Source: Camelus ferus (lineage: Eukaryota). Taken from it: DNA of 64,000 nt. The position numbers and the translations under genes were made by a program. Below the pieces are notes generated by a model. It was given only the letters and a program-made list of their open reading frames with translations, had not been told where the DNA came from and made no database searches. Below are positions 25,886-56,990 of the stretch, piece by piece (the first letter of the stretch is position 1; each line of letters starts with the position of its first letter). The DNA lies in contig NC_045697.1 in NCBI RefSeq assembly GCF_009834535.1, positions 69,690,001-69,754,000 on the forward strand, in the 5' to 3' direction.

Positions 25886-26346
25886 TTGACTGGAAAAAAA
25901 CACAACCGAAGCCCTGTGAGTTGAGTTTATTCGGAATTTACTGAGGACTCCGGCTGGGAAGACAGGCTCTCAGAGAGCTCTGAGGAACTGTTCTCAAGGA
26001 GGGCGGAGGGGAAGGCCACCATATATGTGATTTTGACCCAGGGGTCCATGTAATCGAGCATATATCCTCTTAGAAGGTTGTTGCTAGCTGGGAGGAGCAG
26101 ATATCTAAGTTAATGATTTCTCTGCTTTTCTAAGTAGCAGAAGATGCGAGAATCCAGATTCATAAAAGTTTCTCTTGGAATATTTCTAGCTATCTAAGGG
26201 CCTGTTTGCCCTGTTTTCCCAGAGCGCACAGTGCCTCTTTCCTGATCTGCGCTCTGAATTCCTTCCCTGTAGGTCAGCGACTCTGGTGGTGGCTAATCAA
26301 TCAATCCTTGTAGAATCGAATGGTGGGCAACGTTCTTTGTTTTACA
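25886..26346. mobile_element. Solo ERV1-type LTR (resembles artiodactyl MER41-like families)
   Basis: ~460 bp ending ...ttttaca, flanked by the 4-bp direct repeat CCAG (25882-25885, 26347-26350); family call from memory. Confidence 0.6.
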
Positions 26347-26849
26347 CCAGGCTTCTGTTCCAGCTGCTGCTGAAGGGTGAGTAGGATTTTTGGCGGATGG
26401 TCAATAGGACACAGGGAGAGAATTTTGCAAGGAAGAGGGCAGTGGAAAATCTCTGGGACGTGGCAGTGTTTGTTGTTTTAAGAGTGGACCAGACTGTAGG
26501 GAGAGGGAGGATGGAGTATTTGCAGTTTACTCTTAAAACTCTGTTGTGGATGCTGAGTTTTTAATTTTTTTTTTTTTGGATGCTGAATTTTATTAAAATG
26601 ACTCTACTGGGCAGACTCCTCTCTTCTTTGATGTTCAGTCTTTTTCATGGCTCCTTTTCCTTGGTTTATAACTTAAGGGTTGTTGCTCTCAAAAACTCTA
26701 TCCAAAATCTTTCCCTTCACTCCACTCTCTCATCCACATCATGGCTTTTAACTTCTTGTTATGAATCAGAATGGCTCCCAGTAAACTCCAGACTTGGGCA
26801 CACAACTGCCTACTAGACTTCTGTCTCTATTAGGATGTTTTACAATTGT

Positions 26850-27500
26850 CTCAGACTCACCTTGTCTGGAACTCATCCTGTCATCCTTTTTTTTAAAGGT
26901 ACTTTTTTTTCTTTGTATGGTATCACCATTTACTTACTTGCCCCAGTAGAAACCTGGGAATCACAGCTTCTCTCTCCCTCAGCCCCTGCATTCATTCTGT
27001 CACCAAACCTTAAAGACCTCTCACATCTTGTACCTCCTCTCTGTCCCCACTACTGCTGCCTTAGTTCAGACTCTCGTGATTTCTTACACGGTTTCTGATA
27101 AAGCCTCCCATGTGATTTCTTTGTTGCCGGGCCTCTGAATCTGATGTACTTCTAAATGAATGCCCTTTTAGCGATATTTCCAAAGCATACATCAATCCAT
27201 GCCATTTCTTTTCACCTTTAATAATTTTTGAATGATATAGTTTATAAGTAAATAAATGTCATTCTTCTATTTAAAAATCTTCAAGAGTTGAGAGAGGGCT
27301 AAAATCTGAACTCTGTAGCGAGGCCAGCCAGACCTTGTGTAACCTGGTTTATTATGCTTATCTCTCCATCCTTATTTTCTGCTATTCCACCACATAAGTC
27401 TTGCTTCAGTCTTGTGGAAGATTTGTATTTCCTTAAAAGGGCTCTTTCTCTTTCTTGACTCCAGGCCTTTGTATATGATAGAACTTCTGCTTGGAATGCA
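26850..27500. mobile_element. L2 LINE remnant
   Basis: Pyrimidine-rich L2-like motifs (agaaacctgggaatca, actactgctgccttagttcag, tctgcttggaatgc). Confidence 0.5.
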
Positions 27501-27629
27501 GCAAGGCTCTTTCCAGTGAAAAAAGAGTTTTTAGCAGAAACTTAATTTTCTTTTCCCTACTGCAGATATATTGTGTATCTTCTGGGAAGAAACATTTGCA
27601 TTTTTATGGTACCTTGCTTGAAATAATGG

Positions 27630-30600
27630 ACAGGACTTCTAGTTTCCGGTCTGGCATCTAAGGTGATTAGAAGTCATCACTCCATCCTAACAAGTAAAAA
27701 AGCTCAACCAATTGAAAAATCCAGACTCTTCTCTGATCCATCAGAGAAGTGAGATCACAGGGAAAACCGCTGACCCCAGAACTGGAGAGACATACAGATA
27801 CAGACATCACAGCTTACTGGAGCAGAAACCCACCTCTGTGGAAACCAGTATTGGAGCTGGAAAATGTGACGCATAATTGGTGAATTGCTGGAGGCTTAGT
27901 GTGGATAAGTCTGAGAGTTAAAAACTCCAGAGAAATCCAGTCATGGAGGACCCTTACACTTTTGTGACTTTTATCTCTAGATGCTTTACCAGATCAGAGA
28001 AGAATTCCCTCATTCTTGCAGGGGAAGGGGAAAAGGAACCGTTTTGAAATATGCCAGAGCAATCTGTTTTTCTTAAATAGGCTTGCCCTCAATAGAGACT
28101 GTTTTACCAGAGTCTGACCTACTGAGGTGTTAACAGAGTTTAACTGACATTGGGGAAGAGAAATACCCAACTGCAGCCCCCTTTAGACATCCTGTACCAC
28201 CTGAGGAGGTGAAACAAATTGAGAAGAAATCACAAAATTCACAATCCAGGGACACAGGCTTACTAAAAGACTGAGATCTAATCATAAGACTATAGAAACC
28301 TTCCCCTTCTCCCACACCTTACTACTTACCACTATCATGACAAAGGCCTGTTTACCACCTTTCTACCCGTAAGTGTATCATGTCTGCCTTTCAGCAAAAA
28401 ATGACAAGGTGTACTAAAAGGCAAAAAGCACAGTTTGAAGACACAGAACAAGAACCTGACTTTGATACGGCAGGGATTTTGACATTATCAAGGATTTAAA
28501 ACAACTCTGATATTAATATGCTAAGGGCTCTAATGGGAAAAATAAACAACATGCAAGAACAGATGGATCATGTAAGCAGGGAGATGGAAATTCTAAGAAA
28601 GAAAGAAAAAGAAATACTAGAAATTAAAACCACTGAAATGGAATTGGAGAATGCCTCTGATGGGCTTATTTGAGGATCATATATAGCTGAGGAAAGGATC
28701 TGCTAATTTGAGGATATGTCAGTAGAAACTTCTCAAACTGAAAAGGACAAAACAGATTGAAATAAATGGAAAAGCATATCTAAGAACTATGGAATAATTG
28801 CAAAAGATATAACATACACATAATGGAAATGCCAAAAGAAGGAGAAAGGAACAGAAGCAATATTTAGAGCAATAATGATTGAAAATTTTCTCAAGTTAAT
28901 GTCAGACACTGGACCACAGATCAAAGAAGCTCAGAAAACACTAAGGAAACTAATGCAAAACAAAGAAACAAACAAAAAACAAACAAAAAAACCCAAACCA
29001 AACCAAACAAAAAGAACCCTACACCTAGGAATAACATATTCAAACTACAGAAAATCAAAGGTAAAGAAAAAAATCTTGAAAGAAGCCAGAGGGAAGAAAC
29101 ACCTTACCAAAAGAGGAGCAGAAATAAGAATTACATCGCATTTATCCTCAGAAGCAATCCAAGCAAAAATATAGTGAAGTGAAATATATAAATGTTGAGG
29201 GAAAAAACTTTCCAATCTAGAATTCTGTATCCAGTGACTTTATCCTTTAAAAGTGAAGGAGAAATAAAGGCTTTCTTAGATAAACATTGAGGAAATTTTT
29301 TGCCAGACCTGCCTTGCAAGAAATATTAAAGAGATTCTTCAGAGAGAAAGTGATTAAGGTCAGAAAATCAGATCCAGGTAAAGGAAAGAAGGGTGTTAGA
29401 AAATTAGTAAAAATAAAATTACAACTTTTATTTTTCTTTGTTGATTTAACAGATAACAGTTTGTTCAAAATAATAACAGCAAAAATATTTGATGATCATA
29501 GTTATAGATAATTGAAATACATGACAGCAATGATACAAGGCATGTGAGGGAGGAATTAGGATTATACTGACTGTTATTGTAAGGTATTAGCACTACCAGT
29601 GAAGCTGTATAGTGCTATTTGAAAGTGAACTTGGATTAGTTGTAAATATATACTGCAAAGTCTAGGGCAGCCACTAAATTAAATTTTTTTTGTGCCACTA
29701 AAATAAAAAACAGAAAGAATTACAGTTGATATGCTAAGAAAGAAGAGAAAATGGAATCATGTGAAATACTGCATTAACACCAGAGAAGCAGAAAAAGAGT
29801 GATAACAAAGAAGGGCAACAAGTAGAAAACAGTAACAAACATGGTAGGTAGTAATCCAACTGTATCAGTGATCATTTTAAATGCTGCTAGTCTAAATGCA
29901 TCAATTAAAAGACATTGTCAGTGTGAATCAAAAAACAAGTCCCAAATATATGTTATATACAAAAAAAACACCTCACTTTAAGTATAGAGACACACATCGA
30001 GTGTAAAAGGATGGAGAAAGATAACAATACTAACACTAATCAAAAGCTAGAGTAGTTAGATTAATTTCAGACAGCAGATTCAAAGCAAGAAAGCGAGGCA
30101 TTGCATAATGATAAAGGGGTATCATGTCTTTGCCAAGAAGACATGATAATCCTTAATTTGTATGTGTCTAAAAACAGCCTCATAATACATGAGGCAAAAA
30201 CTGCTAGAACTGTAAGGAGAAATAGATTCACTGTAACTGTTGGACTTCAACATCCCTCTATCAGAAACGGACAGACCCAGCAGGCAGACAATCAGTAAGG
30301 ATATGTTGAATTCAACAGCACCATCAACCACCTGGATATAATTGATATCAATGGACTATTTTATCCAACAACAGCATAATACATTTTCTTCTCAATGTCA
30401 CATGAAACACCCAACAAGATAGATCACTTTCTGTGCCATGAAACATACCTTAACAAACTTAAGAGAATAAAAATACAGTGTATGTTCTCTGACCACAGTG
30501 GAATTAAAGATAGCTGGAAAATCTGAAAATACATGAAATTAAACCATACACTTCTAAATAATACATGGATCAAAGAAGAAATCTTAAGAGAAATTTAAAA

Positions 30601-30670
30601 AAATGTTTTGAACTAAATGAAAATGAAATCAGAACTTAAAATTTGTGGGATGGAGTGAAAGTAATGCTTT
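27630..30670 (+). mobile_element. Old L1 5' portion: 5'UTR, degenerate ORF1, start of ORF2 endonuclease
   Basis: ORF track 28875-29174 (ENFLKLM..PQIKEAQK..KILKEARGKK..IRIT) is ORF1-like; 30101-30500 is EN-like (QED.IILNLY); many stops and frameshifts. Confidence 0.85.
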
Positions 30671-30779
30671 TCTTGTAGTTGGTATATTGTAAGTTATCCA
30701 TTGTTATAAGTAACCTGAGCATATCTTTTCCTGACTGGAACTGTGGAGACTCTGGAAGACCTGACAGGCTGGAGAAGTA

Positions 30780-31095
30780 CAGGCATACCTCATTTTATTG
30801 TGCTTCACTTTATTGCACTTCACAGACCCTGAATTTTTAAAAATTAAAGGTTTGTGGTAATTCTGTGTTGTCAGACTATGGTTAGCATTTTTTTTAGCAA
30901 TAAAGTTAAAGTATGTACATTGGGTTTTTTTTAGACACAGTGCTGTTGCACACTTAATAGACTACAGTATGGTGTAAATATAGCTTTTATATGTACTGGG
31001 AAACCAAAAAAATTTCATGTGATTCACTTTATTGCTATATTCGATCAATTGTGGTGGTCTGGAACAAAACCTGCAGTATCTTTGAGGTGTGCCTG
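30780..31095 (+). mobile_element. Tigger1-derived internally deleted MITE
   Basis: TIRs caggcatacctc / gaggtgtgcctg flanked by TA on both sides. Confidence 0.9.
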
Positions 31096-32149
31096 TACAA
31101 GGAATAGTTTCATGATTAAATGTAGCAGGAAATTAAAATGGAACCTTTCATGTTATCTCAATTTTGTCTAAGTATTCCAAGGCCAAGTAATATAGGTGCC
31201 AAAATTATCCCAGCATTCTAAGGCAAAATACTAGATTACCTTATGTAGGACATGCTAAGAGACAGAAAATTTCTTCTGTCAGAATTAGCTCACTTCCTGC
31301 CTCTGAGTTATATAAAGGAGAGCAGAGACTTCATGGGGAAGGGCAGAAGTGGTTTGGAGGAAGGATTTCTTTGGAGAGAGTCGTCAGTGTGCTGTAAATG
31401 CCCTTCCTACTTCCTGGTGAGGATGATGGAAGCACTTCTCCTTTAACTGCAGCCAAGAGAAAACATTCAAAAAGCATGAAATGTTTTCTCTGGTACCTTG
31501 ATTCGTAGAAGACTCTGTTACCTGAAATAAATTAGGAAAAAAAAAAAAAAAGGCTAGAGAGGCTGGCTAGAACAGCCGCCTGGTGGCAGAATGAAGTAGA
31601 GCAAAATTTGGGGACAAGAACACACGTTTCCCATGGACCAAAGGTGGAAACTGCAAAGAAATAAAATTGTAGATCATCTTAAAAGGAACTTCACTAAAAA
31701 GACCCATCTGGAGAGGTTAATGTGAGCCCGGTGAAAGCCAAGGGCTGAAGGCAAAGTCTTGGTCAGTTGTAGAAAGAATCATCCCTATAAAGGAATCGCA
31801 GGTAGGAGATCCTCAGTGGAGCAGAAGATTTTTGTGAAACACACAGGAATTCCCCACTTAAGAAGGAATCCAGTATCTAAAGGATGCTAGATGCAAAGGG
31901 CACCAATGTCAGATTGCAACACTGTGGGTTGTGTAAAATGTATTTTCCTCCAAATTTCCCCTCTTCCTAGGCTGGGCAATGGAGGGGGCTTGAAGCAGTT
32001 GTTGGCAAGTGTGGGAGGAGATGGAATACAGAAGCAAGAAGAAGCAAGCCCCTTTTCTTCCCAAGCCCCTTTCTACTGCAGATTTAATTTCTTGTGGCAG
32101 CAATGGCAGTCAAACTAGTGGTGGTGCCCTCTATCTAGGGGTGGAATTG

Positions 32150-34010
32150 ACAGTTCAGTCTGCAGCCTCTGGGGCCTGAGGGCAAGGAAAATGGTGACCA
32201 GATCAGTTCTGCTATGTGGGTTTGGACATAATTTCAAGCTGAATATCTTTGAAAGTGTTTTCTAGTAATTTTGGTAGTTCTATAAACTGCCATACTTTAA
32301 ATAAATTCCTTATCATTTTAAATTAGCCAGAATTGATTTCTGTGACTTGCAGTAGAACCAATCAAAAACGGTATCAGAAGTTTTACAAGAAAACAGACAC
32401 CAGGGAAATGGGTCAGTCTGGGATTAATTATCTGACCTGGTTGAGGCTGAAAGCTGTGAAAATTCAGTTGATTCTAAGGAGTAGATTATCTCTACTTATG
32501 GCAGGATGAAACAGTTAATAAATAAACTCTGATTTCCTGGAAGTAAGTATTAAAGGCAAAGTATTGGGGGCCACAAGTTTTTTGCCAAAGAAGAGTATTA
32601 AAAGAGCATAAGTCATTTAAAGCTTGTAGCGGTAGATAGTTGCTTCTGCAAATGTGGTACAGTTAATGAAAGAGAATGGTAAATTCTGCTGCTCAGTGAT
32701 GTCAGGGCTCTAGTTCAGCTTCTCTGCCATTCTCTTGTCTTTCCCATCATGGTTGCAAGATGGCTGCTGCAGCTCCAGCCTGTAATGTACTTATGACAAT
32801 ATCCAAAGGCAGGAAAGAAAGGGTCTTTTTTTTTTTAAAACTCAATCCCCACCTCTTTTTTTACATCAAGAGGGAAATCGCTCCCTCAGCAGACTTCCCC
32901 TTATGTATCACTCATCAGAATGAAGTCCTGTGTCTGCCCTAAGTCAGTCACTAGCAAAGAGGAATGGGATTAGATCAATCATAGCTTAACTTCTGGAGCT
33001 GAGGGAGAGTCCCATCTTCCCTGAGCTCATTATTGCCTGTTTCTGGAATAAAATTGGGGTTCTGATTGGAAGGAAGAAGAGAGGAACGGTTAATGAGTAG
33101 GAATCTAGTGTGGGCAACACCATTTTGGGGGTAGCTTTCATCTATTTATAGTATGACCTAAAGAATTGCCATCTTTGGGTAGAACCTAGAGCAATAGAAG
33201 TTCAGCTGGTCTAGCCTGCTATGAGGACAACCCTGATGCTTTCCTTTAATGGACTGAATAGCTTTTAAGTGACCATGGCAGGATGTCCAGTAGTAGAATC
33301 ATGGTGGAGAACCTGGAGTTTAGAGCAAAGTCATACTCTCTTCAGTCCTGGTTATGATGAAAAATGCCTGACCATGAGTCATTAGGTAATCATGCTATCT
33401 GACTTTCTCACTATGAACTGGGTATTATTGGATCCACAAATTTAGGAGGCTGCATGTGCCCAGGGGGATAGCCTTATCAAAGGAATTGATATATAGAGGA
33501 ATAGACCCAAGCAGATCGTGAAGGTCTAATACATTGCCTGAGCATTAGACACACACTCCTACTGCATTTCCATCCCTCAGGGAGATTCCCTATGATCAGT
33601 TCATAGAGGAGGAAGAGAATTTCAGCATGGTTATTATATACTCTGCACAATATTCTGGCAGTTGGTAGAGGTAGACTCAGGGAATCTTGCCAGGGTACAG
33701 AACTGCAAGCATTATATCACTGTGAGTTATGTTTGATCAGAATGAAATTGTCTGAGATATAAATCTACATTGATTAATAGGCAGTAGTTAATATTTGGTC
33801 AGATGATCAGGGACTTTGAAGGAATGAGGTTGTAAGATTAGTAATAAGGAAATCTGGAAAAGAGATAATGTGGATGGACATTTCATAGCAGGCACTGAGT
33901 GTGAGGAAAACGTATATTTCATGTGATTCTTACCAAAAGTTCTGACTTGGGAAGGGATTGTTAATAATCAGGTGAACAAGGTGATCCATCCTGGGGATGC
34001 TGTTTAGCAG
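32150..34010 (+). mobile_element. ERVL/MaLR LTR end plus internal remnant, with a nested MLT1-type LTR (~32690-33110)
   Basis: LTR 3' end (ataaattcctt...tttctgtgacttgc) followed by PBS-like ggtatcagaag at ~32370; caagatggctgctgcagctccag MLT1 motif. Confidence 0.55.
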
Positions 34011-34356
34011 GCAACACTGTCTTTGGAGTTTTACAAGAGCTTTTGGTTTAAATAACATTTGTAGTAACAGAGAATGAATTTCTTTTTAACGAAAACCAGA
34101 AGACATTCTAGTAACGGTTTTGAGTGTTCACACATCTCTATATTGCTATGGAGAGCAAAATGATATTCTTGGGAAGGTTCTTAATTTAATACCTTATCAA
34201 GTCAGGTTTTTAAAAATAGCTTATGATGCAGAATTTCTCTTTTCAAGCCTACAAGAAGGGACATCTCTTTCATTTCTTTCTCAGAATCCTTTGGTTAATT
34301 ATGAAGACTTTTATTTCTTAAATTTTATTAGCTGTATTATAAGCAGGCCTATAGAA

Positions 34357-35118
34357 TCATTGAAAAGTCCACAAATGATAGACACTAGAGAGGGTGTGGA
34401 AAAAATGGAACCCTTCTACACTGCTAGTGGGAATGTAGTTTGGTGCAGGCATTATGGAAAACAGTATGGAGATTCCTCAAAAAACTAAAAATAGACACCA
34501 TATGATCCAGCAATCCCACTCCTGGGCATATATCCAGAGGGAACTCTAATTCAAAAAGATACATGCACCCCAATGTTCATAGCTGCACTATATGCAATAG
34601 CCAAGACATGGAAACAAGTGTCCATTGACAGATGACTGGATAAAGAAGTTGTGGTATATTTATATAATGGAATACTACTCAGCCATAAAAAGTATAAAAT
34701 AATGTCATTTGTAGCAACATGGATGGACCCAGAGATTGTCATTCTAAGTGAAGCGAGCCAGAAAGAGAAAGAAAAATACCATATGATGTCACTTATATGT
34801 CACTTTTTTCACTAAAAGAAAAAAGAGGATACTAATGAACTCATCTACAAAACAGAACAGACTCATGGACATAGTAAACAATCTTATGGTTACTGGGGGA
34901 AGGGGGTGGGAAGGGATAAATTTGGGAGTTTGAGATTTGCAAATGTTAGCCCCCAGTTTTTTGTGTAACACAGGGAACTATATTCAATAGCTTATAATAA
35001 CCTTTAATGAAAAAGAATATAAAAATGAATATATGTATATATATGCATGACTGGAACATTGTGCTGTACACCAGAAATTGACACATGATAACGGACTATA
35101 CTTTACTTAAAAAGAAAA
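34357..35118 (+). mobile_element. 5'-truncated young L1 (ORF2 C-terminus plus 3'UTR) with TSD
   Basis: EGVEKMEPFYTASGNVVWC ORF2-like peptide; A tail; TSD aagcaggcctatagaa (34341-34356) / aatcaggcctgtagaa (35119-35134). Confidence 0.9.
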
Positions 35119-38100
35119 AATCAGGCCTGTAGAACAGAATTTTATTGACAGAAATGGAGAAAAGAAATGGAAAAAAAATGTTATTTAATAATAATAAAAT
35201 AAGGAGGATATAGTTTTTTTCTTTATTATTAAATACCTCACTTACTTATAATTTCTTTCTAAAAAGACCTTGAAACTTCAGAGAAGACAAATGGTCTATC
35301 CTTGTGTTCAAGTGGTAGACTAAGCATTCTGGTTTAATAGCATTCCAGAGAGGAAGTATTTAGGGATTTTATACAGCTCAGTATTTGTCAATAATGGAGA
35401 TGATTGACTAAAGAATACTAAAAATCTAGCCTGCATTTACTGATATATCATTCAGAATAGGTATATTATTCAGACTGCGTATGGAATATAGAGTTCAAGA
35501 AAACTTAGAGATATTTAATTAGGAATAGAGAGTACACGGTGGTAGGGGAGAAGGGGGTGTGTCAGCTGTCTTCACCTAGCAGAAGGACTGAACTTTGTGA
35601 TGCTCCAGATGGCAGAACTGGGGACGCAGACCTTAGCTTTAACCATAAGGAAACAATTGGCCTGCTATCTGCGAAGCGCTTAAAGAATGTGAAAAATGGC
35701 TTTGCCCTCAAGAAGCTGTAGTCCACTGAAAATGCTGAAGAATCAGATGAAATAATGTACATGAAAATACTTAAAAAAATGTCAACTGTGATATAAATGA
35801 AAGTTGTTATTCTCTCTCTGAATTCTTTCTCTCAAAGAAAAGAGATGGGAAAATGTTAAAAAAAAAACCAACAACCAAAAAACAAAAACCAAACACCAGA
35901 GGGCATTGTAGTAGCATTTAGAAAACAATGACAGTCCATGTTTGAAGACAGTTAATATACCTTAAAAATGCATTTTTTTTTTCTTCTCTGAAGAATACAC
36001 TGTCATTGTATTGCCTTCTAAATTCAGGTATTAGTCACCTACTAACCAGCATTCTTAAAAACTTGTAATAGTTTCAGTCCAAAATGTCATTTAAAAAATA
36101 GACCTGTGTATCTTAATATATTAGAGAATTCAAACCTTCAAATTTTTTTTTTTTTTTTTTGGTTTGTTTTGCTTTTTCTTTTGAAGGGATCAAGTTCTAG
36201 TCCAGTTTTGTTTCAGTGGCTTGACGCCCTAGGAATACTATAATTTGTGTTGTCCCTAGTAGTTCAAAAAGTAACATTTAAAAAATAAAGAACAAATACT
36301 AGAGCCCTCAGGAAAAGCAGACAATTGTCAGTAGTCTGCAGATTATTTTTACGTCTCTAAAGTGCAGTTTTTAAGTGAAGTTTTCTGCATGCTGCCAAAT
36401 GAATTATTGTTACATGATTTTTGTTGTTTCTGTAGTATCATATAAATATTTAGTATTCATATCTTATTTTAAGAGAGAGAGAGAGAGATGTTTGGGTAAC
36501 TAAGACATTAGGTGTTCATTTTGAAGAATTATATTATAATTACGTTTACGAGGAGTTTTAGCTGGGGGCCTGGATGAGAAGAAAGGTCTCTGCTGTAAAA
36601 GGAATGGTAAACCCCATACACATCACCGTGGGTTTTCACTGATTTTGTAAATAACCCTAGCGGCCTTGTTAAGAATAATGAGTTTTTTTATTTTTCAAAT
36701 CACCTAACCAGACGTGGAAAAATAAAAGACTGATAGAGGCAGGGATGCTGACTGCAGGAGTGATTGGAGAGAGAGAGAACTACTGTATCACAACTTAGTT
36801 AATCATTTATTATTAATTTAGTTATTAATTTTTATTAATTTAACTTTATTAATAAAATAGTGCTCATAATGATTCTCCTGAATTATTAAGATTAGATTTG
36901 TGATTCTCTATTTAGGAAAAAAGAGGAGCATAGAAAATGTTTTGGAAAAGTTTCATTCAAAAGGGCTAGTATAAATTATTTGGACACTTGTGAGGATAAA
37001 CTTTGGTATCAGACAACATGTATCTATTGAGCCTCTCTAATAGAACAATAGATTCAAAGATCATTCTGCCTTCAAGGAGTTTACAAACATATACTTGAAA
37101 AACTAACAGTGGAAGCAGCATGTCTTAAGATTTCAATAAAGACACTAAGACCCAAAGGAGATCAGGGAAGAAAGATAGCTTTGTGGCTGCCAAGATCTGA
37201 AAAGGAGTTGGGTCTCAAGCTGGACCTGGGAAGAACTGAGGGAGCCGAGGAGAGGAGGGGAAGGCATGAGGAAAAAGGACGTAACTGATACATGAAATAG
37301 GAAGAGAGAGGCCAACCACCTGTGGGGTGCATCCTGTTCCCCACAGTATCAACAAAGGAAGTCTTTACAGGTGAATTCTCTGGCCTCCATTTCTAATGAA
37401 AGAGAATCTTAAATAAGCAGGAATATGTTTCCACTCTGAGGTATTACTACCTTCCTCAGCCAAAACTTCAGAGAAGTTTATCTTCTCTCAGAATTCAATG
37501 TGTGGTAAACATGAAAAAAATAAATAAATTGGTAGGTTTCAGAAGTTATGCTAAATTGAGAGCTAGTCTTTGTTACTCTAGTCTGAATTATCTATCTTAT
37601 TCTTAAACTGTCCATTGTAGCATCTATAAGTATAATAGTTTGAAAATTTGCAATTTGCTTTTTATATAAATCTTATTATCTATTATACCTTGTAACTATA
37701 AATATTTTTACTTACTACATTTATTATAAGAACATTGTCCTTTGTCACTTCTAGTCGTCTATAGAAAATAGATTACTTAGTGCAGATTATAGATGGTTAA
37801 CTCTGTGATGCTCTAAACATTATATATTGTGGTATTATCAAAGAGGAAAAGGGCAATTATTTAATAATGATGGAAATTTGAGAGTATAGATGTATTTTCT
37901 TTTAAAATAATCTCTATATGTATTCATTTATATAGTTTCTGATAGATCACTACTTGTAATTATAGTTCACAGTGGTAAGGTGGGGCTAAGAGAAATTAAC
38001 AGATGTTAAAAAGGAAATTATTTAGCAGCTTATTAAAGAAGAGTATCTTGTAAATTATTGTAACTTGTGTTATATATGATATATATTTTAAAGATATATG

Positions 38101-38558
38101 TATTTTGTTACATGCTACATATTAATAGTGATTTTTTTCTGGTAAAAAGCTTTTTATTATGGAAAAATTTTTAACATATACAATAGTAGAGAGAGCAGTA
38201 TAATGAAACCCCATATATTTATCACCCAACTTAAAAAACTATAAACATATAGCCAATCTAGTTTTATTTATGACCCCTTTATTCTCCACTCTCACTTCTT
38301 CAGAACTGGTTTTAAACAATTTCCAAACATCATATGATTCTATTCATAAACATATCAATTATCATAGTTATTTAACATAGGGAATATTAATATATTTTAT
38401 GGATACAAATGCTTTATAATCATTATAGCTGTTTGATATTGAGATGTTAACTGTAAACATCTGTTTAAATTCATGGTGATTAATGGTTCATCAGGTTATG
38501 AATTAACCAGACAGGTTCAGATTCAGTCATCTAGTATTCCAGATTGTTCCTGGTGTCA

Positions 38559-56751
<18,193 letters not shown>

Positions 56752-56990
56752 TTTTCTTTGAGAATCTTGCCTTGGAAGTTTCTTTCTGATTTAAGAAACT
56801 GTTCTACTTCTATCTTGGTTACTTCATGTCCTGTAATGAATTTTCTGTGAATAAATACTATTTCTGCTCTTTTATTCTCCAATCATCTTCTCTCCTTTTT
56901 GTTGCTGTAATCTGCAACTCTGCCCTTCTCTCTCCACGTCATTTGTGCTGGCATATTTGAGCTGCAAACCCCCATTACTTCCAACTGTTA
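56752..56990 (-). promoter_or_regulatory. ADH4 5'UTR and proximal promoter (non-CpG-island)
   Basis: Position directly upstream of the ATG; TSS cannot be determined from sequence. Confidence 0.6.

Noticed and set aside
36790..36860. HNF1-like motif gttaatcatttat downstream of ADH4
   Set aside because: Lies in an AT-rich low-complexity run where such matches arise by chance.
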